A stretch of 58,883 nucleotides of DNA, filler included. It is 7 parts of 7 records of this genome, joined end to end, with 100 filler letters (N's around TTAATTAATTAA, not from the genome) between each part and the next. Parts side by side here need not be neighbours in the genome. Positions count along the whole stretch, not along the records: positions 1 to 12,494 come from SRR31156797_64160; 6 more parts are not named here. One strand, written 5' to 3'. The notes beneath the pieces were generated by a model. It was not told where the DNA came from and did not search any database. It worked only from the letters and a program-made list of their open reading frames with translations. Shown piece by piece: positions 1-11,027 of the stretch; position 1 is the first letter of the stretch; the number at the start of each line of letters is the position of its first letter. Made by a program: the position numbers and the translations under genes.

Positions 1-63
1 TAGCGTAGCGTAACCCAACAATTTCATTCGCTTTTAAGTTTCGGTCTTTACTCTGACGCTATG

Positions 64-83
64 AGGGCGGCCGAAGCCGCCCT
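64..83 (-). terminator. GC-rich hairpin downstream of cooC
   Basis: AGGGCGGC-TTCG-GCCGCCCT on the minus strand (8-bp stem, C(UUCG)G loop), 25 nt past the cooC stop; no strong U tract. Confidence 0.5.
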
Positions 84-108
84 AATTTGATGGGTTAAAT
101 CCTTCTCA

Positions 109-870
109 TCAGGCGATAAGTTTTTGATAAATCCTTTTAACAGCCTCGACTGCCGTGGGGGAAGTGTCGTAGACCGCTTTTCCTGAAAGATCGGCTTCCA
201 CGATTTCGTCGCTGTATGGAATATGCCCCAGAATCTCGAAATCGCTTAATTCCTTTTCAATAAATTGTTCGTCCCTTTCGTGGCGGACCTTGTTGCCGAC
301 AACGGCAATGCCGGGCAGCCTGAGATCCGCGGCCAGCTTCCGGACTGTTTCCGCGGTGTCGATGGACCTGCGGCCCGGTTCGACAACAATAAGCAGCTTG
401 CTGACCGCCGAGGAAGTGGCCCTGCCCAAGTGTTCCAGGCCGGCTTCCATATCCATGATAACCACTTCGTCCCTGGCCAGAACAAGATGCATGACCAGGT
501 TTTTAAGAAGCACGCTTTCAGGGCATATGCAGCCTCCGCCGCCCTTGGCCACGCCGCCAAGGGTCATGAATTTAAGACCGCCGACTTCCTTGGCGATAGT
601 GTCGGGGAGGTCGTCCACCTTGGGATTCATTTTAAAAACCGAACCGTATTTTCCCGGTTCGGTTCCCGTCCTCTCGGCGATCAACTCGCGCATCTCGGAA
701 ATCGGTATTATGTCCTGGGGTTTTTCAAAACCCAATGCGCCGGCCAGGTTGGCGTCCGGATCGGCGTCAATAGCCAGAACCTTTTTTCCTTCAGCCGCAA
801 ACATCCTGGCCAGGGTTGCGGCCAGGGTTGTCTTGCCTACTCCGCCTTTTCCACTCACTGCAATCTTCAT
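109..870 (-). CDS. cooC: CO dehydrogenase/acetyl-CoA synthase Ni-insertion ATPase (CooC/AcsF family)
   Basis: Deviant Walker A GKGGVGKTT, IDADPDANL, GGGGCICPE (CxC), DMEAGLEHLGR. Confidence 0.9.
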   Translation of the reverse strand: MKIAVSGKGGVGKTTLAATLARMFAAEGKKVLAIDADPDANLAGALGFEKPQDIIPISEMRELIAERTGTEPGKYGSVFKMNPKVDDLPDTIAKEVGGLKFMTLGGVAKGGGGCICPESVLLKNLVMHLVLARDEVVIMDMEAGLEHLGRATSSAVSKLLIVVEPGRRSIDTAETVRKLAADLRLPGIAVVGNKVRHERDEQFIEKELSDFEILGHIPYSDEIVEADLSGKAVYDTSPTAVEAVKRIYQKLIA

Positions 871-873
871 GTA

Positions 874-1515
874 TCACCCTCCCTTTACTTGTGAAGCCAG
901 ACGCATAAGCCTGTAGACCACCATCCCCGACACCCAGGCTATGTCTTCAGTAGTAAAATAGTGTTGTATGCTTTTGTCGAAAAGAATTTTCCCCGAAGGT
1001 TCAAATTCGTCGTCGCCTCCCCATATAACCAGGGTTATGGGCGTCATGGGGAGGGGGTAAAAGACAGCGGCCGCGTCCCCCTGGCCTTCGACCGGCTTTC
1101 CGCCGATCAGCGGAGCCGCTTTGGCCAACAGGTCCGGGTCGGCGCCGAAAACCGAAAGCATGGGCGCTTCCGCACGTTTATAAAAAGCTGAATAATAGAA
1201 TTCGCCGGAAGGAACTTCCCTGTACGTAACCTGTTCGTTCTGCAAAGGGATGCCCTTGGCCTGGTTTAGATAGTGAAGAATAATCACCTTTTCAGTTAAT
1301 GGAACTTCATCATCGGAATCCGAATAGTCGACCTTAATATCGGGAAAGGATATCCTGATCCGGCGTCCTATGAATTCCAATATGAAATGGCCGCTGCCTT
1401 CTTCGTCGGATTTGAATTTACACCCGCTAAGGTTCCCGATTTCAACCGGGTTCTTTCCGGCAAGCTCGGCGGCGGCAATCTTAAAAGCATTTTCGTAATC
1501 GTCAGTCCTGGCCAC
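874..1515 (-). CDS. DUF3786 domain protein
   Basis: ILHYL...YREVPSGEFY..AF and WGGDDEFEPSGKILFD motifs; start moved to GTG 1515 after GGAGG; 3 nt upstream of cooC. Confidence 0.8.
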   Translation of the reverse strand: MARTDDYENAFKIAAAELAGKNPVEIGNLSGCKFKSDEEGSGHFILEFIGRRIRISFPDIKVDYSDSDDEVPLTEKVIILHYLNQAKGIPLQNEQVTYREVPSGEFYYSAFYKRAEAPMLSVFGADPDLLAKAAPLIGGKPVEGQGDAAAVFYPLPMTPITLVIWGGDDEFEPSGKILFDKSIQHYFTTEDIAWVSGMVVYRLMRLASQVKGG

Positions 1516-1637
1516 TAGCAACCTCCACTCGAATAATATGCGGACTTTACAACCGTAACCATCCACTGTACTATATTAATACTCATCCCGCCCCAAGTCC
1601 ATACGCGGGACTCAATTATATTTTCGAGGTTGATAAA

Positions 1638-2354
1638 ATGGCTCGACGTAAAGCGAAAAAAAAGAAACCCGCGCCGAGCCCAAAAAAAATCGAGCCAGGC
1701 CCTCTGGGACACAACCCTTTTCAATCCTTGAAAAATATTAAAATTGAACAAAAGGCGCCTCCTCCCGAATTTGTTCCAACGCCTGCTCCGCCGGAAGTCG
1801 AGGAAGAGGATATATTCGACTCGGCCATGGCCGACGTCATCCCTATTGACAGAGACGTCACCCGTGTCGGCGCTCCGGTTCAACCGGGTCGTGCAACCAA
1901 TGAGTTTTATTCCGAAGATGTCGAGGTGCTGGCCCATTTGAGAGAACTGGTAACCGGGCGAGCCCAGTTTGACATCGTGGACACGGATGAGTACCTCGAA
2001 GGATATATAAAAGGCATCAACCCGATAATAATGGAAAAACTTAGATTGGGCCGTTATTCGATCCAGGCGTACCTCGACCTGCATGGTTTGACGGTCCGGG
2101 AAGCGGCCGAGGATGTCAGAAGCTTTATTTTTGAATCGGTTGCACTGGGGTATCGTTGCGTTTTACTTGTGCACGGCCGGGGATTGAATTCAAAGGATCA
2201 TATACCGGTTTTGAAGGAGCAATTGCAGGCCATGCTGCTTCGCGGCCCGGTCCGCAAACACATCCTGGCTTTTTCATCCGCCCGTCCTCATGACGGAGGG
2301 GCCGGGGCCAGTTACGTGCTTTTAAGGGCCAAGAAAAAGGTGCATTATAAGTAA
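1638..2354 (+). CDS. Smr/MutS2 C-terminal domain protein
   Basis: LDLHGLT, VHGRGLNS and DGGAGASYVLL Smr motifs. Confidence 0.9.
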   Translation: MARRKAKKKKPAPSPKKIEPGPLGHNPFQSLKNIKIEQKAPPPEFVPTPAPPEVEEEDIFDSAMADVIPIDRDVTRVGAPVQPGRATNEFYSEDVEVLAHLRELVTGRAQFDIVDTDEYLEGYIKGINPIIMEKLRLGRYSIQAYLDLHGLTVREAAEDVRSFIFESVALGYRCVLLVHGRGLNSKDHIPVLKEQLQAMLLRGPVRKHILAFSSARPHDGGAGASYVLLRAKKKVHYK

Positions 2355-2355
2355 G

Positions 2356-4191
2356 TTAATACTTGACTGATACTCGGTCCCTGCCTGCGAACTTACTGTC
2401 ATAGAGGGCTTCGTCCGCCATTGATATCAACGAAGATGGATCCGTTGATTTATCCGGGACCACGGCTGAAATTCCAAGACTTATTGAAACAATGTTTTTT
2501 ATTGGCGAGGCCTGATGCGGTATTCGCAAGTTTTCAACCCCGGACCTGATTGCCTCAGCAACATTTTTTGCCTCTTCCACAGTGCAGTGGGGCAAAAGGA
2601 TCACAAATTCCTCCCCGCCGTATCTTGCCGCGACATCGCCGGCCCGTCTGGTGTTTATCTTTATAATATCCGCAACCTTTCGAAGACAGTCATCGCCCCT
2701 TGGATGGCCGTATGAATCGTTGTATTTTTTAAAATAGTCAATATCGCACATGATCATGGCTAGGGGTTGCTGCATACGCTTCAACCGCTCCCACTCATTA
2801 TTGATTTTTTCATCAAAATATCGACGGTTGAATAATTGAGAGAGGCCGTCGATGTTTGAAAGACGATCCAGTTCCTCATTTGCCTGCCTTAATTCCTTGG
2901 TTCTTTCGAGAACCTTTTCCTCTAATTCTTTAGTAAATGCCTGTTGGGTTTGCAGCTTTTGGCTTTGAGCGTTAATAATTTCCTGCCGCATGATGTTGAT
3001 TCTATCCGCCAATGCCAATGACAGCAAAATCATTTCCGTTGTAAATCCAATTCGTAATGCATTTCGCGTAATAAAAACGTCCGGCAAAAGCCCTACTAAT
3101 TTTGAGGTGTGAACAATTATGCTTATTATATTAATAGTCCAGGCAAATACAAAAAAGCGGGCGCCGGAGAAGCCTTTCCGCCAGGAAATTAATCCTACCG
3201 CCAACAGGATTACTGGAGTGAACAGGTTGACGCGGGTGATAAATTTTGTGGATAAAGATAAAGACAGAACAAATGGCAGAATTGAAACAGATAAAAAGAA
3301 AAGACCCAGGACGGTGAGGAAATTATTGAATTTGGGCAAATATTTTTTGGATTGAACAAAACTCTGGCAGAAAAAAGTAGCGGCGGCAGCGGCTAACGAA
3401 CTGAAAAACAAGGCGCCCCTGTATACCAGCCAGGGCTGATTCGGCATTAAATATTCCGAAACCAGTCCGTCAACGCCCGCCATATACAATACCGCGCTTA
3501 ATAAGTATAAGACATAGTATAGATAACTGTGATCGATTACTGAAAAATATATGAACAGGTTGTACAGAATCATGACCATAAAGACGCCGTAGAAAATTCC
3601 AAGCGCATATGATTCCGTGACGGCTTTGCCTGTGAAAGCTTTCGGCAACCAGAGTTTCAATGGGATGCTATGGGATATTTCTCCCCAGGTTCGAAGGTAA
3701 AGAGTGATTTTGTTTTTGGGGATTATTTTGATTTCAAAAGTAGTATGATGATATTTGATTTCCCTTTGGTTAAACGGCCGATGCCCGCCGCCGCTTCTCT
3801 TGCTTATTCCCAGTATTGGATCAATGATAAATAGGGAAATGTCCTGAATATTAAACCTGGCCAATTCAAGAAACCATGTTTGTGTATTTTCTGTAGGATT
3901 ATGAAGCGTGACTCTGCTCCAGACTGCGCTGTCCGTTTGGCCGAAAGAGGGCGTATCTACATGGCTTTTTTTAAATTGACGAGACAACTCCGGTGATCGG
4001 ATCTCATTAATAGTCAGATTTTTTGTATCATCTATATATATTTCCAGATGTTTCCCGAGCGAATATTTCATCCGGCCTTCATTAAGAACCAACACATCAG
4101 CATTGGCGCCCATCGCGTGCAAGACTGCAAGCATGAAGGCGACGATAAATACAGATCCTTGAATCGCTGTCTTGTTCAACATGTCGGTCAA
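2356..4191 (-). CDS. Diguanylate cyclase with 7TM-DISM sensor (extracellular domain + 7TM + GGDEF)
   Basis: Signal peptide, periplasmic domain, several TM helices starting YGVFMVMILYNLFIY, DGLSQLFNRRYF, RAGD I-site, RYGGEEF. Confidence 0.9.
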   Translation of the reverse strand: MTDMLNKTAIQGSVFIVAFMLAVLHAMGANADVLVLNEGRMKYSLGKHLEIYIDDTKNLTINEIRSPELSRQFKKSHVDTPSFGQTDSAVWSRVTLHNPTENTQTWFLELARFNIQDISLFIIDPILGISKRSGGGHRPFNQREIKYHHTTFEIKIIPKNKITLYLRTWGEISHSIPLKLWLPKAFTGKAVTESYALGIFYGVFMVMILYNLFIYFSVIDHSYLYYVLYLLSAVLYMAGVDGLVSEYLMPNQPWLVYRGALFFSSLAAAAATFFCQSFVQSKKYLPKFNNFLTVLGLFFLSVSILPFVLSLSLSTKFITRVNLFTPVILLAVGLISWRKGFSGARFFVFAWTINIISIIVHTSKLVGLLPDVFITRNALRIGFTTEMILLSLALADRINIMRQEIINAQSQKLQTQQAFTKELEEKVLERTKELRQANEELDRLSNIDGLSQLFNRRYFDEKINNEWERLKRMQQPLAMIMCDIDYFKKYNDSYGHPRGDDCLRKVADIIKINTRRAGDVAARYGGEEFVILLPHCTVEEAKNVAEAIRSGVENLRIPHQASPIKNIVSISLGISAVVPDKSTDPSSLISMADEALYDSKFAGRDRVSVKY

Positions 4192-4396
4192 TCTGCTTAA
4201 GCCTCAAAATAAATAAGAAAATAGGTGTGTATAAAATATAACATAATGTTGAAAATCCGGGAAATTGACCTAAGGAGTTTGAAGCTTCAGATAACCTGGG
4301 ATGTGTGGGTTAAAAGATTGCGGTTAGTAAAAGTTCTCCAATGAAATGTTAATCCGGACGACTGATTGCGCCCGGAATTTTATTCGCATGGTTTAA

Positions 4397-5503
4397 TTAT
4401 TCGTGAAACATGAATCTGCGCATACTGATATTGAGCAGAAATCCCACGGCGATAAAAGTCGTGACCAGTGAGGAACCTCCATAGCTTATAAACGGCAGCG
4501 GTATGCCAACCACGGGCATCATGCCGGTGACCATGCTGACGTTTATCAAAAACTGCCAGAATATCAATGATATGAGCCCCAAGGCCAGCAGAGCCCCGAA
4601 CCTGTCCTGGGAACGGCTGACAATTCGGATGCCCATTAGCACCAAAAGGAGGAACAGTGTCAGCAGGACAAATGAGCCTGCAAATCCCCACTCTTCGGCA
4701 AACACGGAAAAGGCGAAGTCCGTGTGTTGTTCCGGCAGGAACCTGAGCTGGCTCTGGGTGCCTTTAAGAAAGCCCTTACCCCAGAACTGGCCGGAGCCCA
4801 CGGCTATTTTCGATTGAATTATATGATAGCCCGCCCCGAGTGGATCGCCTTCGGGATTTAGAAAGGTGATAATTCTCTGCTTTTGATAATCCTTCAGAAA
4901 GCTCCAGGCAAAAGGAAGCGTCACGGCTATAAAGCCCGTAAATGTTATCATGACGACCGGCCGGATTCTTAGAAAAGCAATTATGGACAGGCCGGCGAGG
5001 GCCAGGTGGACGGCGGTTCCCAAATCCGGTTGCTGCAAAATAAGCACAAAGGGCGCCCCGATAATAAAGGCCGGACCCACAAGTTCCCTGAAGCCCAACC
5101 CCTGTGGATATTCTCTGCGGGCAAAGTATTTTGCCAGGGCGATAAGCACGAACACTTTCATTAATTCCGAAGGCTGGAACCTGACAAAGCCGAGGTCTAT
5201 CCAACGTTGGGCGCCGGAACTTATTTTGCCTAATATCAAAACCAAAACGAGCAGGGCAATGCCCAGGCCGTATAATATCCATCCGGTTTCCCTGAGATGA
5301 TGATAATCGATGAACAGCAAGCCGATCATGGTCCCGAGGCCGAGCAGCATCCAATATATCTGTTTTAAATAAATAGGACTGCCTCCGGTGTCGTATCCCA
5401 GAGACGCACTATATAAATTCACTACTCCCAGGACGGCCAGGGCCAACACCAGGCATAGGAATATCCAATCAAAGTTTTCCAAAAGACGTCGATCGAACAT
5501 CAT
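4397..5503 (-). CDS. rodA: Rod shape-determining protein RodA (SEDS)
   Basis: GAQRWIDLG, QPSE, QPDLGT, FLPEQHTDF, PLPFISYGGSS; follows mrdA. Confidence 0.95.
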   Translation of the reverse strand: MMFDRRLLENFDWIFLCLVLALAVLGVVNLYSASLGYDTGGSPIYLKQIYWMLLGLGTMIGLLFIDYHHLRETGWILYGLGIALLVLVLILGKISSGAQRWIDLGFVRFQPSELMKVFVLIALAKYFARREYPQGLGFRELVGPAFIIGAPFVLILQQPDLGTAVHLALAGLSIIAFLRIRPVVMITFTGFIAVTLPFAWSFLKDYQKQRIITFLNPEGDPLGAGYHIIQSKIAVGSGQFWGKGFLKGTQSQLRFLPEQHTDFAFSVFAEEWGFAGSFVLLTLFLLLVLMGIRIVSRSQDRFGALLALGLISLIFWQFLINVSMVTGMMPVVGIPLPFISYGGSSLVTTFIAVGFLLNISMRRFMFHE

Positions 5504-5505
5504 AA

Positions 5506-7389
5506 TCAGTTCCCCGTTTCGACCTGATCCCCTTCAGTAGAGGCCTTCAGGTCTTCAGAAGAATCCTTGGGATGAAAAAAGGCGTCCAAAACCTTCTTGG
5601 CCACGGGCGCGGCCACAGCCCCGCCGCCGCCGGAATGCTCAACCACTACCGCCACTGCAATTTTGGGCTCTTCCACCGGAGCATAAGCGACAAACCAGGC
5701 ATGGTCTCTGTATTTATAAGGAAGATCCTTTTTGCTCCATCCTCGAAATTTTTTAAGGGCTATAACCTGGGCTGTTCCGGTTTTTCCCGCTACTGAAACA
5801 TAGTCCAGCCTGGCCCTGCGCCCGGTGCCGCCCGGTTCATTAACCACGGCGTTCAGACCGTCTTGAATGGCCTTAATTGTTTCCGGCTTAAAATTGAGCT
5901 TCCGAACAATCTCGGGTTCAACCTCTTTGACTATTTCGCCTTCACTGTCGGTAATTTTCTTAACCAAATGCGATTTATACAATGTTCCGCCATTGGCCGC
6001 CACGGCTATGACCTGGGCCATCTGCAACGGCGTGGCCTGAGTGTACCCCTGGCCGATAACAATGGAAAGGGTCTCCCCGGGCCGCCAGGGTTTTTTATAC
6101 CTTTTCTTTTTCCACTGTTTCGTCGGCGTCAATCCGGCCTTTTCACCAGGAAGGCCCAAACCCGGCTTGCGGCCCAGGCCGAAGGCCCGCGCGTATTCAG
6201 CCAGTTTATCCACTCCTACCCTGAGGCCGACTTCATAATAATATATGTCGCAGGATTCCTTGAGGGAGCGGTGCATGTTGACCTGGCCGTGGCCGCCCTT
6301 GTTCCAGCAATGGAAGACGCGGTCGCCGAAGGGAAGTCCTCCGGCGCAGGTAATTCTTGTCTCCGTGGTTACGGCGTTTTCTTCCAAGGCGGCTGCCGCG
6401 GAAATGATTTTATAGGTCGATCCAGGCGGGTACAGCCCGCTGACGGCCCTGTTTTCCAATGGATGTAATGGGTTTTCGAGCAGTTCTTTCCACTTTTTGG
6501 ACGAAATTCCTTCAATGAAATCATTCGGGCTGAAAGTAGGCATGGAAGCAATGGCCAGGATTTCACCTGAGTTCGGATCCAGGGCCACAACCGCGCCGCT
6601 GCTTTCTCCCAGGGCTTCCTGGGCCGCTTGTTGCAGTTCGGCATCGAGGGTAAGGTAAAGGTTATTTCCAGGTTCGGGATTGATTTTCTTTAACACCTTC
6701 AAAACGCGGCCGGATGCATCTACTTCCACCATTCTGCGCCCCCGCAGGCCGTGCAGGTATTCTTCCCAAACGCGTTCCACGCCGTGTTGCCCCACCAGGT
6801 CGCCCATGCGGCTTTCCTTGTACTTATTGCTGCCAAGTTGCGTCTGGGTAATCTCGCCCAGGTATCCGACAACATGGGAAGCCAGCCGGTCATACAGGTA
6901 TTTTCTCTTGGGTTTTACCTGGATGACTGCGCCGGGCAGTTCATAGCGGTGCGTCTCAAGGGCGACGAGGTTGTCGTGGGTCAGTCCGGAAAGGATAACA
7001 GCCGGTTTAAAGGCCGGCTTCTTGCGGATTTCCTTGTATTGATCCCACAGGTCCAGGTATGGAACGCCGAGCAGGTAGGCCAGCTTGTTGACCAGGGCCT
7101 TGGGATCGTCCACATCCTCCCGTAATATGGCCAGGTCGTATGAAGGAACGTTTTCCACCAGTATGACGCCGTTTCTGTCCATGATGACGCCTCTGGCCGG
7201 AGGAATGTCCTGTATTCTGGTCCGGTTGCTTTCGGATTTGACCCTGTATTCATAACCTCTGATAATCTGGAGATACCAAACCCTGAGCATCAACAGAGCA
7301 AAAATGATTAAGACCACAATTGCCAGGTAGGATTGTCGCGCTCGCAGATCTTCTGTTTCTTCGGAAAAGGGATTGCGCGGGATTTTCAT
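5506..7389 (-). CDS. mrdA: Penicillin-binding protein 2
   Basis: N-terminal TM helix, RGVIMDRNG, PGSTYK (SxxK), SCD, KTGTAQ; in mre operon. Confidence 0.95.
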   Translation of the reverse strand: MKIPRNPFSEETEDLRARQSYLAIVVLIIFALLMLRVWYLQIIRGYEYRVKSESNRTRIQDIPPARGVIMDRNGVILVENVPSYDLAILREDVDDPKALVNKLAYLLGVPYLDLWDQYKEIRKKPAFKPAVILSGLTHDNLVALETHRYELPGAVIQVKPKRKYLYDRLASHVVGYLGEITQTQLGSNKYKESRMGDLVGQHGVERVWEEYLHGLRGRRMVEVDASGRVLKVLKKINPEPGNNLYLTLDAELQQAAQEALGESSGAVVALDPNSGEILAIASMPTFSPNDFIEGISSKKWKELLENPLHPLENRAVSGLYPPGSTYKIISAAAALEENAVTTETRITCAGGLPFGDRVFHCWNKGGHGQVNMHRSLKESCDIYYYEVGLRVGVDKLAEYARAFGLGRKPGLGLPGEKAGLTPTKQWKKKRYKKPWRPGETLSIVIGQGYTQATPLQMAQVIAVAANGGTLYKSHLVKKITDSEGEIVKEVEPEIVRKLNFKPETIKAIQDGLNAVVNEPGGTGRRARLDYVSVAGKTGTAQVIALKKFRGWSKKDLPYKYRDHAWFVAYAPVEEPKIAVAVVVEHSGGGGAVAAPVAKKVLDAFFHPKDSSEDLKASTEGDQVETGN

Positions 7390-7934
7390 TTTTCCTGCTC
7401 CGAAGCGTCTGTCTTCGGCGTCAGTATTTCAAGGGCCTTGAACACGGGCGGCCCTAATAAGGAAGTAAAAATCGCCGAAGTTAAAAAAGACGCGGTCGGG
7501 CTTGACCAGTCGGAAGGCATCATTCTTAGCGGACGCCCGAAAACATGCAGGGTCAGGAAAATTAAAAAACCTCCGCCAAGAACAAATATAAGAACAAACA
7601 GCATCTGGTAATAATAGGCTGCGGGATCGAGCCGCTGACGAACCAGGTACGCGGCCAGCAACACGAGCAGAAACAATCCACCATGCATGCCCAATACGCA
7701 GCCTCCGGCGGCGTCTCTGTAAAGACCCAGTATCACGGCTAATATCATTCCCTTGGTTAAAGGGAATTTCAGTCCCATGTACAGCACAACCAGAAATATC
7801 AGGTCGGGCGCACTTCCCCGGGGAAAGAGGCTGAATCCGAATTTGGTCTGGCCGATGAGAGAGGCCAGGCCGATAATGAAAAGAATAATCGCGCCTTTCC
7901 ATGAAGGATCTGTTATACGAACTTCGTCAGCCAA
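7386..7934 (-). CDS. mreD: Rod shape-determining protein MreD
   Basis: Hydrophobic protein with PDL and GLYRD motifs, between mreC and mrdA. Confidence 0.8.
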   Translation of the reverse strand: MADEVRITDPSWKGAIILFIIGLASLIGQTKFGFSLFPRGSAPDLIFLVVLYMGLKFPLTKGMILAVILGLYRDAAGGCVLGMHGGLFLLVLLAAYLVRQRLDPAAYYYQMLFVLIFVLGGGFLIFLTLHVFGRPLRMMPSDWSSPTASFLTSAIFTSLLGPPVFKALEILTPKTDASEQEK

Positions 7935-7958
7935 TATCTCGTCCCTAATATGGAGCCG

Positions 7959-8774
7959 TTAAAACGGAGGTTGTTCGGTCAAGATCACAAGAACTTCTTC
8001 AAGGCGATTCAACCGGACTTCCGGAGTGATGTCAACTTCAAGGAAAATGTCGTGTCCCGCGCTTTTTATCCGGCTGACCGTGCCAAGCGGTATCCCTTTG
8101 GGGAATACGCCGCCCAGGCCCGAGGTCACTACAATGTCGCCCTTGGCTACTTCATCATTTTGGCGCACGTAATTCAAGGTGCACTTTTTTTCAGAGTGCC
8201 CGGTGACAATCCCCCTGGCCCGACTCCTTTGGACCAGGGCGTCTATGGAACTGTTGAAATCGGTAAGAAGAAGAACCTTGGAATAATTCGGAGATACTTC
8301 GATCACACGGCCGACGACGCCTACGTCCGAAACCACGGGCATGTCTTTGCCCACGCCGTCGCTGCTGCCCCGATCAATAGTGATGGTTTTGATCCATGGC
8401 CCGGGATTCCAAGCCACGACATGGGCGCCGCAGTAGTTATACTGGTGATTTTCCGAAAAGTTCAGCAGCTTTGTAAATCTTTTATTGGCCTCGCCTTTTT
8501 CCCTTAATTCGGCGACCTGTCCCTTGAGGCTTTCCACCGCCCGCCTGAGCTCCCGGTTTTCTTCCCGCAGTCCGGCCAGGTAAAAATAGGCCCGCCACAG
8601 ATTCTCCAATCCCCTGGCCGAGGATGTCAATCCTTTCTGAAAGGTGCTGACCGTTTCAAAGAGGGACTTTTCCAGCCACGATGCATCTTCCCTGGGACCT
8701 GAATGAACGGACAGGGACACCAGGATAATGATCGCAAGAGAAGCGAGTACGATGACGCGATTCCGAGATAACAT
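7959..8774 (-). CDS. mreC: Rod shape-determining protein MreC
   Basis: TM helix, coiled coil EENRELR, IDRGSSDGV, TSGLGGVFPKGIP. Confidence 0.95.
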   Translation of the reverse strand: MLSRNRVIVLASLAIIILVSLSVHSGPREDASWLEKSLFETVSTFQKGLTSSARGLENLWRAYFYLAGLREENRELRRAVESLKGQVAELREKGEANKRFTKLLNFSENHQYNYCGAHVVAWNPGPWIKTITIDRGSSDGVGKDMPVVSDVGVVGRVIEVSPNYSKVLLLTDFNSSIDALVQRSRARGIVTGHSEKKCTLNYVRQNDEVAKGDIVVTSGLGGVFPKGIPLGTVSRIKSAGHDIFLEVDITPEVRLNRLEEVLVILTEQPPF

Positions 8775-8829
8775 CTATTCTAAATGGCCGATTCTATTAA
8801 TGTTGTGGATATTATTTGACCGGAGGGTT

Positions 8830-9897
<1,068 letters not shown>

Positions 9898-10351
9898 TCA
9901 TCACAAGGTCACACAACCATGTTTGAGTATTGCGTACTAAATGCCCAACCTAGCAGAAAAGCTTAAATAACTCAAGTTTTTATTTAAGCTGTCCCATCCG
10001 GTTTGCGCACCGGCATGATTGCTCCCTGCAGTATTAAGGTATAAGATCACAAGGTCTCTAATGTCAATCTGTTTCGGCGAAATGATGCAATCTTCTCTAG
10101 TTAACGGAGAATTATTTCAAACCGACATAAGGTCCGTACAAACTGTTGCATAAAATGTCGAGTTGGGTTATAAGCCGTATGTTGCGCTTGGCTTGGTCCA
10201 AAAAAAGAAGACGACGACGGACCCGGACCTTGAGACGAAGATGCTTTTGGACAGGTTTATATCTTAATAACAGGGATTTAACCGGATCGAGGCGCCGGGC
10301 GGCCGGAGTTGAAAAACATAAAAATAATAGAGGGCCCCATTAAAAATCTTC

Positions 10352-10380
10352 TTGACTTGGAAGGGGCTTATGACTATGCT
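10352..10380 (+). promoter_or_regulatory. sigma70-type promoter for rplU-rpmA-obgE-proB
   Basis: TTGACT-17 nt-TATGCT, about 30 nt upstream of the rplU ATG. Confidence 0.65.
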
Positions 10381-10409
10381 TGGCGTTTACGTTAACGGAG
10401 GTTCGTAAG

Positions 10410-10721
10410 ATGTACGCGGTAATCAAAACCGGTGGAAAACAATACAAGGTAGCCCCCGGTCAGACAGTTCGGGTTGAGAGACTCGAGGGACAGATAGGAG
10501 ACGAGGTCTCCATTAAGGATGTTCTTCTGGTTTCGGACGGCGAACAGATAAAGGTGGGGCAGCCCATCCTGTCCGAAGCTGAAGTTAAGGCGAAAATCGT
10601 TGAACAGCACCGCGCGAAAAAGATTATTGTCTTTAAGAAAAAGCGCCGCAAGGGTTATCGCCGCACCAAGGGTCATCGTCAATACTACACGGCCATCAAG
10701 GTCGAGGAGATAAAGGCTTAA
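10410..10721 (+). CDS. rplU: 50S ribosomal protein L21
   Basis: [14 protein letters not shown]...[16 protein letters not shown] before ATG 10410. Confidence 0.97.
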   Translation: MYAVIKTGGKQYKVAPGQTVRVERLEGQIGDEVSIKDVLLVSDGEQIKVGQPILSEAEVKAKIVEQHRAKKIIVFKKKRRKGYRRTKGHRQYYTAIKVEEIKA

Positions 10722-10734
10722 GGAGTTAATACTC

Positions 10735-10989
10735 ATGGCACATAAAAAAGCGGGCGGCAGCAGCCGTAACGGCCGCGATACCGCGGGCAAAAGACGCGGG
10801 GTCAAAAAATACGGCGGCGAGCAGGTCAAGGCCGGTAATATACTTGTCCGTCAGTTGGGCACAAAAATTCACCCGGGAACGAATGTTGGTCTGGGCAGGG
10901 ATTACACCCTTTTTGCACTTGTTGATGGCACCGTCGCGTTTGAGCGATTCGGTAAAAATAGAAAAAAGGTCAGCGTTTACAACGCTTGA
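10735..10989 (+). CDS. rpmA: 50S ribosomal protein L27
   Basis: [15 protein letters not shown]...GRDYTLFAL. Confidence 0.97.
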   Translation: MAHKKAGGSSRNGRDTAGKRRGVKKYGGEQVKAGNILVRQLGTKIHPGTNVGLGRDYTLFALVDGTVAFERFGKNRKKVSVYNA

Positions 10990-11027
10990 ATCCGGCCGGA
11001 TAAACCGGTCCAAGAATAATCCCCGTC

